Assembly (NCBI RefSeq): GCF_000010625.1
Contig: NC_010296.1
Location: 3,780,001-3,812,000 of the forward strand
DNA: 32,000 bases
Direction of reading: 5' to 3'
Source: Microcystis aeruginosa NIES-843
GTDB lineage: Bacteria; Cyanobacteriota; Cyanobacteriia; Cyanobacteriales; Microcystaceae
Positions within the stretch are counted from its first letter, which is position 1. The number at the start of each line of letters is the position of its first letter. Of this stretch, positions 16,710-26,614 are shown piece by piece. The position numbers were made by a program, and so were the translations under genes. The notes beneath the pieces were generated by a model, which was not told the DNA's origin, searched no databases, and worked only from the letters and a program-made list of their open reading frames with translations.

Positions 16710-18713
16710 ATGACCGCTTTTCAACTACAAGCACCCTTTCAACCCACTGGGGATCAACCGGCAGCGATCGATCAATTGGTAGATTCCCTGCAAAACCAGC
16801 ATCGTTTCCAAACCCTCCTAGGGGCAACTGGCACCGGCAAAACCTTCACCATTGCCGCTGTGATCGAGAAAATCGGCAGGCCTACCCTCGTCCTTGCCCA
16901 TAATAAGACCCTGGCGGCCCAATTATGCAACGAATTGCGGCAATTTTTCCCCAATAACGCCGTGGAATACTTTATCAGCTATTACGACTACTATCAACCA
17001 GAGGCTTACATTCCCGTCAGCGATACCTACATCGAAAAGAGTTCTTCGATTAATGATGAGATCGATATGCTGCGCCATTCGGCCACACGATCGCTATTTG
17101 AACGCAGGGATGTGATCGTCGTCGCTTCCATTAGTTGTATTTATGGTTTAGGAATGCCTGCGGAATACCTAAAAGCGGCGATTTCCTTAACAGTTGGTCA
17201 AGAGTTCGACCAAAGGCAATTATTACGGGCCTTGGTGTCAGTGCAGTACAATCGCAATGATTTAGAGTTAACTCGCGGTCGTTTTCGTCTGAAGGGCGAT
17301 ATTTTGGAAATTGTTCCCGCTTACGAGGATCGGGTTATTAAAATTGATTTTTTTGGCGATGAGATTGAAAGTATTCGTTATCTCGATCCCCTGACGGGGG
17401 AAGTTTTGCAAAAATTAGAGCGAATTAGTATTTATCCGGCCCGTCACTTTGTTACCCCGGAGGAGCGTTTAGAGGTGGCCTGTCGGGATATTAAAACCGA
17501 GTTAGATAACCGTTTATTGGAGTTAGAAAAAGCGGGCAAATTACTGGAAGCGCAACGTTTGGATCAGCGGACTCGTTATGATTTAGAAATGTTGCAGGAA
17601 GTGGGTTATTGTAATGGCGTAGAAAATTATTCGCGGCATTTAGCGGGTAGATTAGCGGGGGAACCGCCGGAATGTTTGGTGGATTATTTTCCCGAAGATT
17701 GGTTATTAGTTGTGGATGAATCTCATGTTAGTGTGCCGCAAATTCGCGGGATGTATAATGGCGATCAATCACGAAAAAAAGTTTTGATCGATCACGGGTT
17801 TCGTTTACCCAGTGCTGCGGATAATCGTCCTTTGAAGTCGGAAGAATTTTGGCAGAAAGTTAATCAATGTATTTTTGTTTCGGCTACTCCGGGAGATTGG
17901 GAATTAGAACAGTCAGAAAATCGCATTGTTGAACAAATTATCCGACCGACGGGAGTTTTAGACCCTGAGATTTTTGTGCGACCAACCGAGGGACAAGTAG
18001 ATGATTTATTAGGGGAAATTAAGGAGCGAGTGCAGTTAAATGAACGGGTTTTGATTACCACTTTAACTAAACGCATGGCGGAAGATTTAACCGAATACTT
18101 GCAAGAAAGGGGAATTAAAGTTAGATATCTGCATTCAGAAATTCAATCAATTCAACGGATTGAAATTATCCAAGACCTGCGAGAAGGGGTCTTTGACGTG
18201 CTGATCGGGGTGAATTTGCTTCGCGAGGGGTTAGACCTGCCGGAAGTGTCTTTAGTGGCGATTTTAGACGCAGATAAGGAAGGATTTTTAAGGGCTACCC
18301 GCTCTTTAATTCAAACTATCGGCCGGGCCGCTCGTCATATTCGCGGTCAGGCAATTCTTTACGGAGATAATCTCACCGATAGTATGATTAATGCGATCGA
18401 AGAAACCAAGAGACGACGCGCTATTCAACAGGAGTATAATCAGAAACATGGGATTATTCCGCAACCGATTGTTAAAAGGTCAAGTAATTCAATTTTGGCT
18501 TTTCTGGATATTTCCCGTCGCCTAAATTCCCAACAATTAGAGCAGGTTTGTGAGAATATAGAAGAGCTTTCTTTGGAACAAATTCCCGAGTTAATTCAAC
18601 AACTAGAAGCGCAAATGAAAGAAGCGGCGAAAAATCTAGAATTCGAGTCAGCAGCTAAATATCGTGATCGGATTAAGCAATTACGAGATAAGTTATTAAA
18701 TCATGTTAGATAA
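16710..18713 (+). CDS. uvrB: Excinuclease ABC subunit B
   Basis: 667-aa ORF with [10 protein letters not shown] (Walker A), the VDESH helicase motif and the C-terminal UVR motif [21 protein letters not shown]. Confidence 0.97.
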   Translation: MTAFQLQAPFQPTGDQPAAIDQLVDSLQNQHRFQTLLGATGTGKTFTIAAVIEKIGRPTLVLAHNKTLAAQLCNELRQFFPNNAVEYFISYYDYYQPEAYIPVSDTYIEKSSSINDEIDMLRHSATRSLFERRDVIVVASISCIYGLGMPAEYLKAAISLTVGQEFDQRQLLRALVSVQYNRNDLELTRGRFRLKGDILEIVPAYEDRVIKIDFFGDEIESIRYLDPLTGEVLQKLERISIYPARHFVTPEERLEVACRDIKTELDNRLLELEKAGKLLEAQRLDQRTRYDLEMLQEVGYCNGVENYSRHLAGRLAGEPPECLVDYFPEDWLLVVDESHVSVPQIRGMYNGDQSRKKVLIDHGFRLPSAADNRPLKSEEFWQKVNQCIFVSATPGDWELEQSENRIVEQIIRPTGVLDPEIFVRPTEGQVDDLLGEIKERVQLNERVLITTLTKRMAEDLTEYLQERGIKVRYLHSEIQSIQRIEIIQDLREGVFDVLIGVNLLREGLDLPEVSLVAILDADKEGFLRATRSLIQTIGRAARHIRGQAILYGDNLTDSMINAIEETKRRRAIQQEYNQKHGIIPQPIVKRSSNSILAFLDISRRLNSQQLEQVCENIEELSLEQIPELIQQLEAQMKEAAKNLEFESAAKYRDRIKQLRDKLLNHVR

Positions 18714-19725
18714 ACCTATGACTAGATTTATTCATGACCAGTTTGCCAAAGATTATCTCGAAGAATTATTATCTTCTCTGGGAGAGGTAAAATCGGCACG
18801 GGTTGTCCGAGGAGAAGTACGAGAAATCGATGTCTGGTTTTCACCCCAGATTCTCGATAATAATCCTAGAGAACTGCTGGGATTACTGGGAAAAATGGCG
18901 ATTAATCCCTGTTTATTTGAACCCTTTCGTAATCCTGTCACCGCTACAGAAATTAGAACTTGTCTGTTAAAACTATTGGAAGTGGAAGGGGAAATTAATC
19001 GTCAAGCAAATCGTCAGAAAACGAATCTTAACGATGGGGAAATCCCCCGTCTCTGGATTTTGACTCCCAGTGCTTCCTCGCAACTGTTAGGAGGATTCGG
19101 AGCTAAATTAGATGAGGAGAATTGGGGGGAAGGTATCTATTTTTTGGCTCCCTCTTTACGCACGGCAATCACCGTTATCCATCAATTACCCCCAACAGAA
19201 GCAACTCTCTGGTTAAGAATTTTAGGCCGGGGAAAAGTACAAGCAAGGGCGATCGATGAGTTAGAATCGTTACCAGAGGACCATCCTTTTCGGGTAAATG
19301 CTCTAGAATTATTATTAAACTTGAGAACTTCTTTAACTAACGATCAAGAGCTTGAACAGGAGGACAGAGAGTTAATTATGAGATTATCACCTTTATACAC
19401 TTCCCGTCTTCAGGAAGAACTGGATGCTGGCCGTCAACAAGGTCTTCAACAAGGTCTTCAACAAGGTCTTCAACAAGGTCTTCAACAAGGTCTTCAACAA
19501 GGTCTTCAACAAGGTCTTCAACAGGGTCTTCAACAGGGTCTTCAACAGGGTCTTCAGCAAGGAGAACGTCTGGTGGTAGAAAATTTATTGAAAGCTCGTT
19601 TTGGTAGTTTAGACCCAGATTTGTCCCTAATCATCGAGCGCATTTTATTATTACCAGTGGAGGAGTTTACCCCTTTAATAATTAATTTATCTCGCACAGA
19701 ATTAATTGCCCACTTTTCTAATTAA
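18703..19725 (+). CDS. Rpn-family / PD-(D/E)xK nuclease-like putative transposase-related protein with a DUF4351-like C-terminus, copy 1 (340 aa, QQGL x10)
   Basis: N-terminus [15 protein letters not shown]...[11 protein letters not shown]-terminus [34 protein letters not shown] resembles the DUF4351 tail common in cyanobacteria. The ATG overlaps the uvrB stop by 11 nt, and a second ATG at 18718 is an alternative start. The family assignment is from memory. Confidence 0.65.
   Translation: MLDKPMTRFIHDQFAKDYLEELLSSLGEVKSARVVRGEVREIDVWFSPQILDNNPRELLGLLGKMAINPCLFEPFRNPVTATEIRTCLLKLLEVEGEINRQANRQKTNLNDGEIPRLWILTPSASSQLLGGFGAKLDEENWGEGIYFLAPSLRTAITVIHQLPPTEATLWLRILGRGKVQARAIDELESLPEDHPFRVNALELLLNLRTSLTNDQELEQEDRELIMRLSPLYTSRLQEELDAGRQQGLQQGLQQGLQQGLQQGLQQGLQQGLQQGLQQGLQQGLQQGERLVVENLLKARFGSLDPDLSLIIERILLLPVEEFTPLIINLSRTELIAHFSN
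19435..19560 (+). repeat. In-frame 12-bp tandem repeat CAACARGGTCTT, 10.5 units, encoding (QQGL)n, in copy 1
   Basis: Read directly. Q-codon pairs run CAACAA x7, CAACAG x3, CAGCAA x1. Confidence 0.95.
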
Positions 19726-19849
19726 AAGCATAACTCAATCCTTTGATGATACTGGATTTTAAAATTGGCTGATTAACCAGAGCAGTCAATTTTCCGGGCA
19801 AATTCGGGGATATTGAGGATTAAGCAATTACGAGATAAGTTATTAAATC

Positions 19850-20836
19850 ATGTTAGATAAACCTATGACTAGATTTATTCATGACCAGTTTGCCAAAGAT
19901 TATCTCGAAGAATTATTATCTTCTCTGGGAGAGGTAAAATCGGCACGGGTTGTCCGAGGAGAAGTACGAGAAATCGATGTCTGGTTTTCACCCCAGATTC
20001 TCGATAATAATCCTAGAGAACTGCTGGGATTACTGGGAAAAATGGCGATTAATCCCTGTTTATTTGAACCCTTTCGTAATCCTGTCACCGCTACAGAAAT
20101 TAGAACTTGTCTGTTAAAACTATTGGAAGTGGAAGGGGAAATTAATCGTCAAGCAAATCGTCAGAAAACGAATCTTAACGATGGGGAAATCCCCCGTCTC
20201 TGGATTTTGACTCCCAGTGCTTCCTCGCAACTGTTAGGAGGATTCGGAGCTAAATTAGATGAGGAGAATTGGGGGGAAGGTATCTATTTTTTGGCTCCCT
20301 CTTTACGCACGGCAATCACCGTTATCCATCAATTACCCCCAACAGAAGCAACTCTCTGGTTAAGAATTTTAGGCCGGGGAAAAGTACAAGCAAGGGCGAT
20401 CGATGAGTTAGAATCGTTACCAGAGGACCATCCTTTTCGGGTAAATGCTCTAGAATTATTATTAAACTTGAGAACTTCTTTAACTAACGATCAAGAGCTT
20501 GAACAGGAGGACAGAGAGTTAATTATGAGATTATCACCTTTATACACTTCCCGTCTTCAGGAAGAACTGGATGCTGGCCGTCAACAAGGTCTTCAACAGG
20601 GTCTTCAACAGGGTCTTCAACAGGGTCTTCAACAGGGTCTTCAACAAGGTCTTCAACAGGGTCTTCAACAGGGAGAACGTCTGGTGATAGAAAATTTATT
20701 GAAAGCTCGTTTTGGTAATTTAGACCCAGATTTGTCCCTAATCATCGAGCGCATTTTATTATTACCAGTGGAGGAGTTTACCCCTTTAATAATTAATTTA
20801 TCTCGCACAGAATTAATTGCCCACTTTTCTAATTAA
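19850..20836 (+). CDS. Rpn-family / DUF4351-like protein, copy 2 (328 aa, QQGL x7)
   Basis: Identical to copy 1 except for the repeat number and two substitutions (V to I, S to N) just after the repeat tract. Confidence 0.65.
   Translation: MLDKPMTRFIHDQFAKDYLEELLSSLGEVKSARVVRGEVREIDVWFSPQILDNNPRELLGLLGKMAINPCLFEPFRNPVTATEIRTCLLKLLEVEGEINRQANRQKTNLNDGEIPRLWILTPSASSQLLGGFGAKLDEENWGEGIYFLAPSLRTAITVIHQLPPTEATLWLRILGRGKVQARAIDELESLPEDHPFRVNALELLLNLRTSLTNDQELEQEDRELIMRLSPLYTSRLQEELDAGRQQGLQQGLQQGLQQGLQQGLQQGLQQGLQQGERLVIENLLKARFGNLDPDLSLIIERILLLPVEEFTPLIINLSRTELIAHFSN
20582..20671 (+). repeat. In-frame 12-bp tandem repeat, 7.5 units, in copy 2
   Basis: Read directly. Q-codon pairs run CAACAA, CAACAG x4, CAACAA, CAACAG x2. 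Confidence 0.95.
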
Positions 20837-20985
20837 AAGCATAACTCAATCCTTTGATGATACTGGATTTTAAAATTGGCTGATTAACCAGAGCAGTCAA
20901 TTTTCTGGGCAAATTCGGGGATATTGAGGATCGTTCTGGAACCAGCATCAGCTTTCTTGCTAATTTGTGGCCAATTAGCGGCAAT

Positions 20986-23865
20986 TTAGCTCTGATCACC
21001 TGAGAATAGCTTTTCTAAAGCTTCCTTCAAGGTTGGTTCCATGACAATTTTATTTTGATAAGCAACTGTTACTCTAGCGATTGTCGGGACACTATTTTGG
21101 TCTGCCACTAGATACAAAGGTTCTACATAAAGCAGCGATTGTTCAATGGGAATAATTAATAGATGTCCTTGCAAAACTTTAGAACCGTCCCGATTCCAAA
21201 GGGAAATCTGTTGAGAAATATCTGGATCTTGGTTAATTAAAGCCTCAATTTGATTCGGTCCGTACACTAACCTTTGTTTAGGAAATTGATAGAGTAATAA
21301 CTTACCATACTCTCTATCGTCTGAACGCGCCGCTAACCAAGCGATTAAATTTTGCCGACTAGAGGGAGTATAGGGATGGAGGAGAATAAATTCTTCTTTG
21401 TCGGAATCGGGCAGTTTCATGATTAAATAATAGGGTGATACAGCCTGGGGTTCCGTGCCGTAAATTTCTAGGGGAATTTCCCATTGATCCTCCCGATTAT
21501 AAAATACTTGCGGATCGGTCATGTGATAGGTTAATAATCTTTCCGCTTGGGTACTAAATAAATCTTCGGGATAACGGATATGACTGCGGAGAGTTTTCGG
21601 CATTTCTGCTAAAGATTTAAAGAGATGAGGAAAGATTTTACTCCACGTCTGAATGATTGGATCATTTTCATCGGCAACATAGAAATTCACCGTTCCATGA
21701 TAGGCATCCACTACCACTTTGACCGAATTGCGAATATAGTTAAATTTATCTTTCCCCGGGTCAGAATAGGGATAGCGATTGCTGATAGTATAAGCATCAA
21801 TAATCCAATGTAATTTACTACTACTATCGCCCACATCTGCCGCTACTAAATAGGGGTTGCGATCATAATTTAAAAAAGGGGCGATAGTTTGCACACGATT
21901 TTGGATATCACGACGCATTAATAAGCGAGTTTCGGGAGTAAAATCTTGGCTAAATAACATTTGCCAATCCCGCAGATAAAGGGCAAATAGCCAACGTCTC
22001 CACCCCGTCCCCACTAGGATTCCTCCCTTACCATCGTAGGTATTATAGACATTTCCATCCCCGCTAGGAAAATCCAATTCTTCTACGGTGGTGGGAGTCA
22101 TCACATAATTATTAGTTAATTCCCCGTAGTAAATGCGGGGTTTACCAATGGGAATACTATAATCAATTAATTCGCTAGAGGTTTGTAGGGCCCCTTCGTC
22201 TTTATTTGTGCCGATATCTTTGACAAAATAGTAGGGTAAACCCCCGGCAGCCACTAAATTAACCGGGGAAAGAGTGAACCCATAACCGTGGGTATAAACG
22301 AGATGTTTATTCACCCAAGTGTTAGCAGAAGTGGGAACCGCACTATAATCTAATTCTCTAGCGGCAATAATTGTCTGTTGTTTTTCAGATATTTGACGTT
22401 CTTCGATTTTTTCAGGCAATCCTACTCGTACCCGATAGCGATCGATATCAGCATCGGGGAATTTATAATATAAGCGAATTTGCTGTAATTGTCGGTTAGT
22501 TTCTAGCAGTGGTTTGGTGTCCCAAAGACGAATATTATCGATAGTTAGATGGTTTCTCTCTAAAACTTCGGCATTTAATTCGGCCTGTGGATCGAAAACT
22601 TGGGCATCAATTCTATCTAAGGAAAAAGCCGCTCTTGTGGATTGAATACTTCTTTCGATATAGGGTCTTTCTCTCACTAATTCATTCGGTTGTACGACAG
22701 TTCTTTGCAATAGTCCACTGATAATTGTGCCACTTATCCAAACAATTAAATAGAGAAATACAGGAACTAAGTAGGGGAAAAATACCAACTTTTTCTTAGT
22801 ATTTTTGTATAACTTGCGACGGTCTTTTTTACCAAATAATGCTTTTTCTCCTAACCATATAGAGGTTATTCCTGCAATAATTCCCAGAATAATTTCAATA
22901 AATTGACCAACATGAACATCGATATAACCCGCACCATAAACTACCCCTTCCGGAGAATAAAGTAGCAGGTAACGCTGAATAATATGGTGTAATACTAGCA
23001 GCCCCATTAACCCACTCCACAGGGCGTATAAATGACGCAGTTGCGGACGGGAAAACCCCGGAAATGTTCCCAGAGAAAGACTATCGGCCGAAAAAAGATA
23101 GGTTAAAATAACAGCAAAAAGAGTATATATTCCCACACCAGTGAGCCATAATTCTAGTAACTGCCACAGGGGTAATTGAAAGATGTAAAAACCTAAATCA
23201 TTCCCGTATTGAGGATCGTTAATATTGAAAGGAACACCATAAAAATATTTTAAAAAATTCGCCCACTGCCCAGCAATAATGAAAGATAGCATGACAGTGA
23301 ATACTATAGATATTATTCGCAAAAAATACTCGGTTTTAATTAATAATCCCAAGACTAAAAAAGCGATAATTAACCCTTGCCACAAATTACTGGAAATATC
23401 AGTTAATACTTGCCTAATCCAAACTATTTCCAGAGGAGAACTTAGGGAAGAACTAAGGTTAGGGAGATTAAAATCTGGTGTCCAGAGACTGAGGGCTAGT
23501 TTACTGTAATACAATAACATTGACCCGATCCAAGCTCCAATTCCCGTTGCGATAATCAAAAGACCGAGTAAATTAATACTAGGAGATTGAGGACTAAGAG
23601 GATAACTATCTTCCTTGGCTTTTTGCCAACGAAAACGCTGGGCTAAACGTAAATTAGTAAAAATAAAGAGTAGAGAAAGAATCGCACTTCCCCAACCTAA
23701 TCCTAGTTGCCAAGATAATTGTTTCAGGAAAGTGTTTAAATAACCCATCTCGGTAAACCAGAGGCTATTGGCTACCACTAATACCCCCAACTGCCCGATC
23801 ACAAGGCAGCCGAGAAACAGTAAAATAGGTTTAGCGATCGAGCTTCGGTTATGTCTGATCAGCAT
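20986..23865 (-). CDS. UPF0182 family large integral membrane protein
   Basis: 959 aa. The N-terminal third has multiple TM helices (SLWFTEMGYLNTFLKQLSWQLGLG). A large soluble C-terminal region follows, as in UPF0182 proteins. ATG start. Confidence 0.75.
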   Translation of the reverse strand: MLIRHNRSSIAKPILLFLGCLVIGQLGVLVVANSLWFTEMGYLNTFLKQLSWQLGLGWGSAILSLLFIFTNLRLAQRFRWQKAKEDSYPLSPQSPSINLLGLLIIATGIGAWIGSMLLYYSKLALSLWTPDFNLPNLSSSLSSPLEIVWIRQVLTDISSNLWQGLIIAFLVLGLLIKTEYFLRIISIVFTVMLSFIIAGQWANFLKYFYGVPFNINDPQYGNDLGFYIFQLPLWQLLELWLTGVGIYTLFAVILTYLFSADSLSLGTFPGFSRPQLRHLYALWSGLMGLLVLHHIIQRYLLLYSPEGVVYGAGYIDVHVGQFIEIILGIIAGITSIWLGEKALFGKKDRRKLYKNTKKKLVFFPYLVPVFLYLIVWISGTIISGLLQRTVVQPNELVRERPYIERSIQSTRAAFSLDRIDAQVFDPQAELNAEVLERNHLTIDNIRLWDTKPLLETNRQLQQIRLYYKFPDADIDRYRVRVGLPEKIEERQISEKQQTIIAARELDYSAVPTSANTWVNKHLVYTHGYGFTLSPVNLVAAGGLPYYFVKDIGTNKDEGALQTSSELIDYSIPIGKPRIYYGELTNNYVMTPTTVEELDFPSGDGNVYNTYDGKGGILVGTGWRRWLFALYLRDWQMLFSQDFTPETRLLMRRDIQNRVQTIAPFLNYDRNPYLVAADVGDSSSKLHWIIDAYTISNRYPYSDPGKDKFNYIRNSVKVVVDAYHGTVNFYVADENDPIIQTWSKIFPHLFKSLAEMPKTLRSHIRYPEDLFSTQAERLLTYHMTDPQVFYNREDQWEIPLEIYGTEPQAVSPYYLIMKLPDSDKEEFILLHPYTPSSRQNLIAWLAARSDDREYGKLLLYQFPKQRLVYGPNQIEALINQDPDISQQISLWNRDGSKVLQGHLLIIPIEQSLLYVEPLYLVADQNSVPTIARVTVAYQNKIVMEPTLKEALEKLFSGDQS

Positions 23866-24010
23866 GGATAAAGTGATAAAAGAGAGTCTTCTTTCATTCT
23901 AGCGATTCTAGTTTCTCCCTGCTGCTTTTTCTTAATTTAAAGATAAACTTAAGAAACTATAGCCGGGTTAGGGCAATAATTTAGCTGAAAGTCAGCAATT
24001 TTCCCTAATT

Positions 24011-25237
24011 TTAGCGAGGATTAGCAGACTGGAGTATTTCTCGAAAAATCCTGCGTCGATAGGAAGGAGATTCATTGCTCATATTCCATAAAGTTTCGTA
24101 GAAAAAGAAAGAAACGCCAAAATTTTGTTGTCTCGATTTTTCCACTTGTTGAGTAATATTAACCATCGGAATCGGACGACCTTTTAAACCAGATAAAATC
24201 CCAATAGCCACGGGGATAGATTCTCTAGCTTGCTGTAATTCTGGTTGCGATAATTCCCAGTCAAAGGCGTTCATATCAGTTCGATACACTTGTATTATTA
24301 ACTCATCAATCAAGTTTTTTTGTTGCCATTTTTGCCAATCTAAAAGATAGGATTCTAGGGAGAAAGTGTAGGGATTAGGAGATAGGGAAATAATCGCTGT
24401 AGGTTGGCGCTTTTTAATCATCTGGGCTAAAGTATTCATATAGTCAGTAATTTTATCGGCCCGCCATTGAATCCATGCTTTATCTTGGTAATCTTGCGGG
24501 GGTAATTGTCCCGAATGTTCCCTTTGATAGAGTTTAATCGTGGTTTCATCATAGCCAAAATCGGTGGGATAACCAAAATGATCATCAAACTGAATTCCTT
24601 CTATATCGTAGTTAGTAATAATCTCGCTGACTAAATCCGTAATAAAGTTTTGTACTTGCGGATGTAAGGGATTTAACCACACCCGTTGATGCACTTTTCC
24701 TTCCCACCAAATCACACTTTTATCCTGTCTTTGGGTTAACCAATCGGGATGTCGTTTTGCTAATTCTGAATCCGCAGGAGCCATAAAACCAAATTCAAAC
24801 CAGGGAATAATTCTTAATTTTTTTCGATGACCTTGGCTAATTATTTCCTTTAAAAAGTCACGATTTTTTAAAGATTCATGGGGATCGATCGCTCGTCCCG
24901 TCACTTTTTCTGCTACCCTAGAAGGATAGAGTGTATAACCCCAATTCCAGACCGTGGGATAAATAGTGTTAAAGTTTAAATCAGCCAACCTATCAAGGGC
25001 ATCTTTTAGGATTTCTGGTTTAAATAATACCTCACTATCGATATTAGTTAACCAAACTCCACGAATTTCGGGTTTTTCTTGGGGTTGATTGGTCGATTGT
25101 GCCGGATAATTAAAGGTTATCGTCATGATACAGGCAAAGATAATTAAAAATATTACCCAGCTTATTTTCCCGTATCTTTGACTATAAATCACCAAACTAT
25201 CGGCGAAATTATTAAAAGTTTTACTGATTCTATTCAT
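24011..25237 (-). CDS. Glycoside-hydrolase-like family 10 (GHL10 / DUF187, YngK-like) protein with an N-terminal membrane anchor
   Basis: IRGVWLTNIDSEVLF...LNFNTIYPTVWNWGYTLYPS...IIPWFEFGFMAP...GIQFDDHFGYP are characteristic of the GHL10 family. Confidence 0.72.
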   Translation of the reverse strand: MNRISKTFNNFADSLVIYSQRYGKISWVIFLIIFACIMTITFNYPAQSTNQPQEKPEIRGVWLTNIDSEVLFKPEILKDALDRLADLNFNTIYPTVWNWGYTLYPSRVAEKVTGRAIDPHESLKNRDFLKEIISQGHRKKLRIIPWFEFGFMAPADSELAKRHPDWLTQRQDKSVIWWEGKVHQRVWLNPLHPQVQNFITDLVSEIITNYDIEGIQFDDHFGYPTDFGYDETTIKLYQREHSGQLPPQDYQDKAWIQWRADKITDYMNTLAQMIKKRQPTAIISLSPNPYTFSLESYLLDWQKWQQKNLIDELIIQVYRTDMNAFDWELSQPELQQARESIPVAIGILSGLKGRPIPMVNITQQVEKSRQQNFGVSFFFYETLWNMSNESPSYRRRIFREILQSANPR

Positions 25238-25243
25238 AATGGC

Positions 25244-25307
25244 AAGTGGGGAAGTGGGGAAGTGGGGAAGTGGGGAAGTGGGGAGGTGGGGAGGTGGGGA
25301 GGTGGGG
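25244..25307. repeat. Octamer tandem array: AAGTGGGG x5 followed by AGGTGGGG x3
   Basis: Read directly. It ends 6 nt from the ATG (25237) of the minus-strand GHL10-like gene, so the mRNA leader would be (CCCCACYT)8. Confidence 0.95.
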
Positions 25308-25402
25308 AAATTGAACTACAACCCTAAAACCCCAAAACCCCAACCCCTAAAATCTATCTCCTGCCTGCTGCTGACTGCCTCCTGACTGATAAAATAACTA
25401 AA

Positions 25403-26530
25403 TTATCTCTCTAAATTGCGAGGATCTAGGGCATCGCGTAAACCATCACCGAGTAAATTAAAAGCTAAAACGGTGAGAATAATTAACAAAGCAGCTGGCC
25501 AAATTAACCAGGGTTGTAGAACAATAATTGAGGCATTGGTAGCCAGAGAAAGCATATTTCCCCAACTAGGATCTGGTTGTTGAATTCCCAAACCAATTAA
25601 ACTTAAAACCGATTCGGCCACGATAAAACCAGGCACGGCTAACGTAGCAGAAATAATGATATAACTGGCAGTTTGGGGCAGCACATGACGCAGAATAATA
25701 TAAAGGGGTTTTGCTCCCATAGCTTTAGCAGCCTGAATAAATTCCTGTTCTTTCAGGGATAAAACTTGACCGCGAATTACCCGCGCTAATCCCGACCAAC
25801 TGATAAAAGAAGTAATCAGGACGATTAATAAAAAGCGTTGGGTGCTGGTTAATCCTGCGGGTAAAACGGCCGCTAGGGCCACGAGTAAATATATGCCGGG
25901 GATAGTCATTAAAACTTCCACAAAACGCATTAAAATTGCATCTAACCAACCGCCAAAATAGCCAGAAACGCCACCGACAAATAAACCGATAGGGAAAGAA
26001 ATTAAAATCCCGACCAAACCGATAAATAAACTAATTCTGCCCCCGAAAATCAAGCGACTAAAACTATCGCGTCCCGATTCGTCGGTTCCCAATATATTGA
26101 TTCTACCATCGCCGATGACTCCGAACAGATGGAGATCAAAAGGGATACCGGGGAATAAAGTTACTTCCTGCCATTTTGGCGGCAAAGGTAGGCGAATTTG
26201 ACCGAAATTATAGGTTTCACCCTTAACCAAGAGACGCAGCGGCAAGGGGTTGTTAAAATCTCTCATTAGCTTCCGCTCACCAGTTTCTATATTAATAGCA
26301 CTTTGAGTGGTGGGATAGACGTGGGGGCCAATCCACTCACCCTTGTTACTTCCCGACTGCGAGCGCCAAAAGATTTGGGTGGGGGGTAGGAGAGACTGAC
26401 CGGGTTGGGAGGAGTAGGGAGAGTAGGGAGCGACAAAATCCGCCGCCATTACGCTTAAATAGAAGATTAACAGTAAAACTGCTCCCCAACGGGCGAGAGG
26501 ATTATCTTTGAGTTTGTGCCACCAGTCCAT
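25403..26530 (-). CDS. ABC transporter permease (oligopeptide/dipeptide OppC/DppC type)
   Basis: ILGTDESGRDSFSRLIFGGRISL and the EAA-loop region FIQAAKAMGAKPLYIILRHVLPQ. The track start at 26545 is a TTG. ATG 26530 (MDWWHKLK) is preferred. No other ABC components lie adjacent. Confidence 0.85.
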   Translation of the reverse strand: MDWWHKLKDNPLARWGAVLLLIFYLSVMAADFVAPYSPYSSQPGQSLLPPTQIFWRSQSGSNKGEWIGPHVYPTTQSAINIETGERKLMRDFNNPLPLRLLVKGETYNFGQIRLPLPPKWQEVTLFPGIPFDLHLFGVIGDGRINILGTDESGRDSFSRLIFGGRISLFIGLVGILISFPIGLFVGGVSGYFGGWLDAILMRFVEVLMTIPGIYLLVALAAVLPAGLTSTQRFLLIVLITSFISWSGLARVIRGQVLSLKEQEFIQAAKAMGAKPLYIILRHVLPQTASYIIISATLAVPGFIVAESVLSLIGLGIQQPDPSWGNMLSLATNASIIVLQPWLIWPAALLIILTVLAFNLLGDGLRDALDPRNLER

Positions 26531-26614
26531 AGGCGATGAGGTCAATAGGAGAGTTAATCTTTATTTTGCTAGTCTGATTGCTACAATTTATCATACCAAC
26601 AAAAAAGCTGTCTA

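Larger units (their letters stand above)
18670..20931. repeat. Tandem segmental duplication (unit 1 is 18670-19816, 1147 bp; unit 2 is 19817-20927, 1111 bp) with GGAT junction microhomology
   Basis: Direct comparison of the two stretches. The 36-bp length difference lies entirely in the 12-bp repeat tract. Otherwise I found only 3 substitutions. Confidence 0.93.

Noticed and set aside
19435-19560. Possibility that the regular short repeats (the 12-bp tracts, and the 8-bp array at 25244-25307) are CRISPR arrays
   Set aside because: The units are contiguous with no spacers and far shorter than CRISPR repeats. The 12-bp tracts are in frame within a CDS. There are no cas genes in the window.
18753-20088. 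Two identical 62-aa minus-strand ORFs (18753-18941 and 19900-20088)
   Set aside because: They are identical only because they sit in the tandem duplication. They are antisense to the well-supported plus-strand gene and have biased Ser/Arg composition.
20958-20980. GCTAATT-tgtggcc-AATTAGC stem-loop just downstream of the UPF0182 gene as a terminator
   Set aside because: The stem is 7 bp and AT-rich with no U-tract on the minus strand. This is too weak to call.
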